From contig CAJINV010000003.1 of assembly GCA_905178155.1 (NCBI GenBank), forward strand, positions 1,999,873 through 2,063,872: 64,000 nt of DNA. Reading direction: 5' to 3'. Each line of letters begins with the position of its first letter. Positions within the stretch are counted from its first letter, which is position 1. The position numbers and the translations under genes were made by a program. Below are positions 60,243-64,000 of the stretch, piece by piece. The notes beneath the pieces were generated by a model. That model was not told the origin of the DNA. It was given only the letters and a program-made list of their open reading frames with translations, and did no database searches. The stretch comes from Amoebophrya sp. A120 (taxonomy: Eukaryota; Protista; Dinoflagellata).

Positions 60243-62498
60243 TTACAACAGAGTTGTTGCTGAGCCGGCGGCCGGGGGTGCGGGTGGGACGGGCAACGGG
60301 ATTTCAGCTCCCGCCCGATCATCCGCGTGTAGCGCAGCGTGCGCGGAAAGCGCCGCGTACCCCGGCAACACGGACGCAATCTCCGCGGCCTGGGCTTGAT
60401 GGGCTTCGGCGCTGGCCTGCAAACTCGCGGCCCGGTTGAACATGTCGACCGCTTGTGCGTGATACGACTGCGCCAGGTCCTCGCTCCCCCCCTCGTGAAA
60501 CTCCATCGCTTCCCGGAGTGTCGTCTTTGCGTTTTCTTGCGTCTGCCTCGCCTCGCCCTGCATCGCAGCGGCGGCGGCGGCGTGTGCCCCCTTCGCTGCT
60601 TTCGCCTTTCCGGCCACGGTATGCATTGCAAATATGTCTGGGTCTGGAAGAGTGTAAGTTGTCATGCTACATCTGGATCGTGGAAAAATTTGTGTTGCGT
60701 GATTACCGAAAGAGGTCCACTTTTGAACAAATTTAAAAGCAGTTTCTCATGCAGGATGAAAGGCATGATAGAGATCTCACAGAACCTGTCATGCTAGGCC
60801 GTGCATGCCAGACCGCGTGGGTCATGGAAAACCTGCATGACAAACCTAGCAATCTTCCAGACCTAGACATTTTTGCATTTGATACACGGCATCGTAGGGA
60901 GCCATGGCTCTGGCCGCCGCCGGGGAGGTTAGCGCGAGCGGCTTCGACGTGGGGGCGAAACGACCCACATTCTCGTCCCGAAGCTTCTGTGCAGCAGCTA
61001 GATCTTTCTCCACGAGTGCTTTGGCGTTCGCCGTCGCGGCATCGGCAGCAGTTTCCGCTGCTGCCTCCATTTGCTTCTTCAGCGCCGCGGTTTCTTCACC
61101 TGGATTTAGGAATAGCATTTGTTATCCTCCTGGGTGCTCAAGACGAACCAAGACGAACCACGATTTACAGGTCGTGTTAATTTTCAACTACACGAAGAAA
61201 GAGCTCACGACGACAACAAATACAAAGCACAATGTACGACCCATGAACATGTTTTTTACGCGCTTTCCAGGTTGCTTGTTTGTACATTTTCGTCTGTAGC
61301 AGGAGCGATTTGAGTCCTGCAATGGCCCCTTGATTTTTGTGGACCTCGGCCTCCGTCGCCTGCAGACTCTCCTGCGTCGCAGCGGCGGCCTCCTCCGCCA
61401 CAGTGGCGGCGCGTGCCGTGCGCAAGCGCAGCTGCGTGGCCTGCGTCTTCAACGTGTTCGCTTGCAAGTGCTCGAGGTCCTTCTCCGTGGCTTTCTCTAG
61501 CGGCACTTCTTTCGCGGCTGGTGCTGCGTCCCCTGCACCGGTAGCTGCTGCGGCAGCTCCGGCTGTTCCGGCGTCCCCACCTTCCACTTTCACAGCTGTT
61601 CATTGTGTTTGTAGTAGATGAAGCATGTTGATCGTCGGTCTCTGAAGATGAAAACTTCCCTGCGTCGTATTCATCTCAAGTAGAAGTAGACGCAAGTCAT
61701 TTACTGACCAGTACAGCAAGCAGACTCCGTATTTCGAATCATGCCACACTGATACGATACACTTCTCACAGTCACAAGAACCAGCCACACCAAACTATAC
61801 ATCATTGTCCTTCATCAAAAAATGCACAAACTGGATATTACTTCATAAACACGTAGTACGCTTGTAGTCCGGGTCTAGGGATTCCAAGTGTGCAATGACA
61901 CATGCAGGGTCGACGCCGTTTGGATCGGCCGGGATGAGATTCATCTGTTCCTCGGTGATCGCTGAGCACAGTGCATTCATCTGCAACTTGAGCGTCGCTG
62001 CGTTTTGCTGTGGCACACAGGAATTCAGGCAAAATTTGCTTTTGGGCACACCCATGCCCTGTTCGCCGGGCATCAGGACGCTGTTCGCTGGAACCGTGCA
62101 CAATACGCCGTCTCCAAGCGAAATAGGCTCCGGCTCACACATGGAACGCGCCTGCAGATTTTCTTCATGTTCATCTGTCTATGGAACTCTTGACTCATTT
62201 GCCATGATGACATGATCCATTCATCACAAGGACAAGACGAAGACCCTCTAATTTCCAGATTACGATTGAGAAAAAGAGAAACATCAAGTTAGTAGGAGCA
62301 TACCCCGCACGCAAACGCATCCGTCCGCTTGGCAGCCTCGCACTGCGAACAGTCACAGGCGGGGGTAGACTTCATCAAGAAGCGAACTTGGTTCCCCCAG
62401 CTTGCTCCGAGAGACAGGAACAGCACTGCGACTGGCAGCAGGGCACTTCTCACCCCGACTCGTCTCCGAGCAGGGCAGGACATGTTCGACCTTGACAT
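60243..62498 (-). CDS. Multi-exon hypothetical protein: signal-like hydrophobic stretch, Cys-rich region, Ala-rich coiled coil
   Basis: Collinear ORFs 62289-62522, 61843-62142, 61177-61593, 60846-61118 and 60243-60665; frame restored across the 60620 insert (YDAV|AGKAK). Confidence 0.6.
60620..60884. mobile_element. MITE-like intron, TIR type A
   Basis: TSD cacgg; TIR tatgcattgcaaatatgtctgggtctggaaga / tcttccagacctagacatttttgcatttgata. Confidence 0.94.
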
Positions 62499-63063
62499 TT
62501 TGCTCCCGTCGCCCAGGACCAAAGGTGGTGTCCCGCGGTCGGATGCGGTGACCGGCCACCTACGAGGACGAGCTCCTCATCTTTCCACTACCTGCTTGTG
62601 CTTGTGCAACATTGTGACTGTTTGTCGTGCGACAGATGCTGCACGCTGCAGCCTGCCTTCGACGATTTTTCTTGCCCGTGCTTTGGGTTTATTTGGTGAG
62701 GATTAGCAGTCGAAGAAAAGGACAAGAAGAAGAAGAAGCTACGTTTGGTTTCTCCACTCTTGATTTTTCGCAACAGAAAACGAGGACCGCTCCTGACTTA
62801 ATCAATCTCAACATGGCGTCGTCTTTAGCGAACATTCGATCGCAACTTCGCACGTTGATATGTTTCCCTTGGCTTGCACTTACTGTTTTACATCTTCTGA
62901 GCCATATTTTTTCGTTTCATCTCCGAGAGGACATTACAATAACATGGTCAACTCTTTCTTCGCTTCGTTGCGTCGCAGGTATTCATAAATCGTAGCTATG
63001 CTTGACTTTCCTACCTGGAAAAATGGATACTGCGGAGCAAATCTTTGTGCTGGGTTTGTGTAC

Positions 63064-63440
63064 TTACTGGAAATCTAGTATCTTCCCCTCATGTGCCTTC
63101 ACCGATATCTTCCGAGACAGCAGGTCGCTTTTCTGTCCTGACGACGGAGAGTCGAGGCTGTGTTGCTTTTGCGTTTGTGGCTCGAAGATGGAAGCGGATG
63201 CAGTATTTTTCGCCTGCTGTCCTTGCCGACGCGGAGTCGTCACATGCGCGGTCTCGCCACCACCCGACTTTGCGTGGTGGTTCGCAACGGGGGGGCGCCG
63301 CCGCCGCGTCTCCTTTTGGGCCTGCTGCTGGTTGTCGTTGGCGCCGATGGCTGCAGCTCGGTCTCGGAGCTGCTGAACTATGTTGCCACTGTCTGGGATC
63401 GAGAGCTGCTGAACTACCCTGGGACCCGGGATCGAGAGAA
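63064..63440 (-). CDS. Possible 3' exon of a gene starting beyond the window
   Basis: Minus-strand Gln-rich ORF with composition like the neighbouring exons; no recognisable domain. Confidence 0.35.
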
Positions 63441-63644
63441 ATTTATAGACAGGGAGTAGGGAGGACCCTGGAGGACCAGGGAGGACCAGGGAGGAGCGTT
63501 CGCGTCTATATAGAAAAAGCATCGGGCATTTTTTCAAAATGTGTTCACCGATGGCATGGCGAACTTTCGGGCCAAGGCCCCTTCAGCTTTCTGATAGCCA
63601 TACCAATAACAACTGCGTAACGAAATTGAACAGCGACGCAGTAA

Positions 63645-64000
63645 ATTGCTGAAGTAGCCACTTCAACAGTTTGCGTTGTTGTTCGGTTTACAACTTGCCA
63701 TGCAGTTGTTATGGAAGTGGCTACTTCAATTCGCACAGGCAAACTGTTGAAGTTGCCATTTCAAAAACTTGCGCTGTGCAAATTTTTGAAGTAGTCACTT
63801 CAACAATTTGCGTTCTTGTTGTTGTTCGGCTTGGGTTTGCAACGTGTCACGCAGCTTGTGTTGAAATGGCCATTTCAACATTTTGCACAACCCGAATTGT
63901 TGAAATGGCCATTTCAACAATTCGCAGAACCCGAATTGTTGAAATGGCCATTTCAACATTTTGCGCAACCCGAATTGTTGAAATGGCCATTTCAACAATT
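63645..64000. repeat. Palindromic minisatellite, 39-bp unit, runs off the window end
   Basis: Core tgttgaaatggccatttcaaca occurs four times from 63859 at 39-bp spacing; degenerate copies near 63645, 63745 and 63783. Confidence 0.9.

Noticed and set aside
63457-63495. ggaggacca(g) 10-bp micro-repeat
   Set aside because: Three to four short units; ordinary slippage with no further structure.
63859-64000. CRISPR-like palindromic repeat array
   Set aside because: Linkers are short and nearly identical rather than unique spacers; no cas genes; eukaryotic context.

Overview
Eukaryotic (non-bacterial) DNA. All recognisable host genes are intron-containing and lie on the minus strand. Many introns are TIR/TSD-bounded and non-canonical, which points (inference) to a syndinian dinoflagellate such as Amoebophrya. 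Positions 1-24670 are a ~9.99 kb tandem amplification of a MyTH4-myosin gene. Each junction is occupied by a defective split-direct-repeat (DIRS-order, PAT/Ngaro-like) retroelement whose pol ORF carries RT-end, RNase H, a Dam-like methyltransferase region and an unexpected C-terminal Poa1p/TARG1/DarG-like macrodomain. The rest holds a low-complexity gene, mitochondrial-type malate dehydrogenase (with a CCCH-finger retroelement relic in an intron), a second MyTH4-FERM myosin, a NAP/SET histone chaperone, a membrane protein, a DnaJ protein, an ankyrin-DHHC palmitoyltransferase, a Cys/Ala-rich protein and a 39-bp palindromic satellite. Eleven distinct MITE-like introns (mostly TAT...ATA termini, 5-bp TSD, five TIR types sharing one internal motif) interrupt coding sequence. 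Two of them show reciprocal, precise presence/absence between the myosin copies. All calls are by-eye motif recognition; no searches were run.
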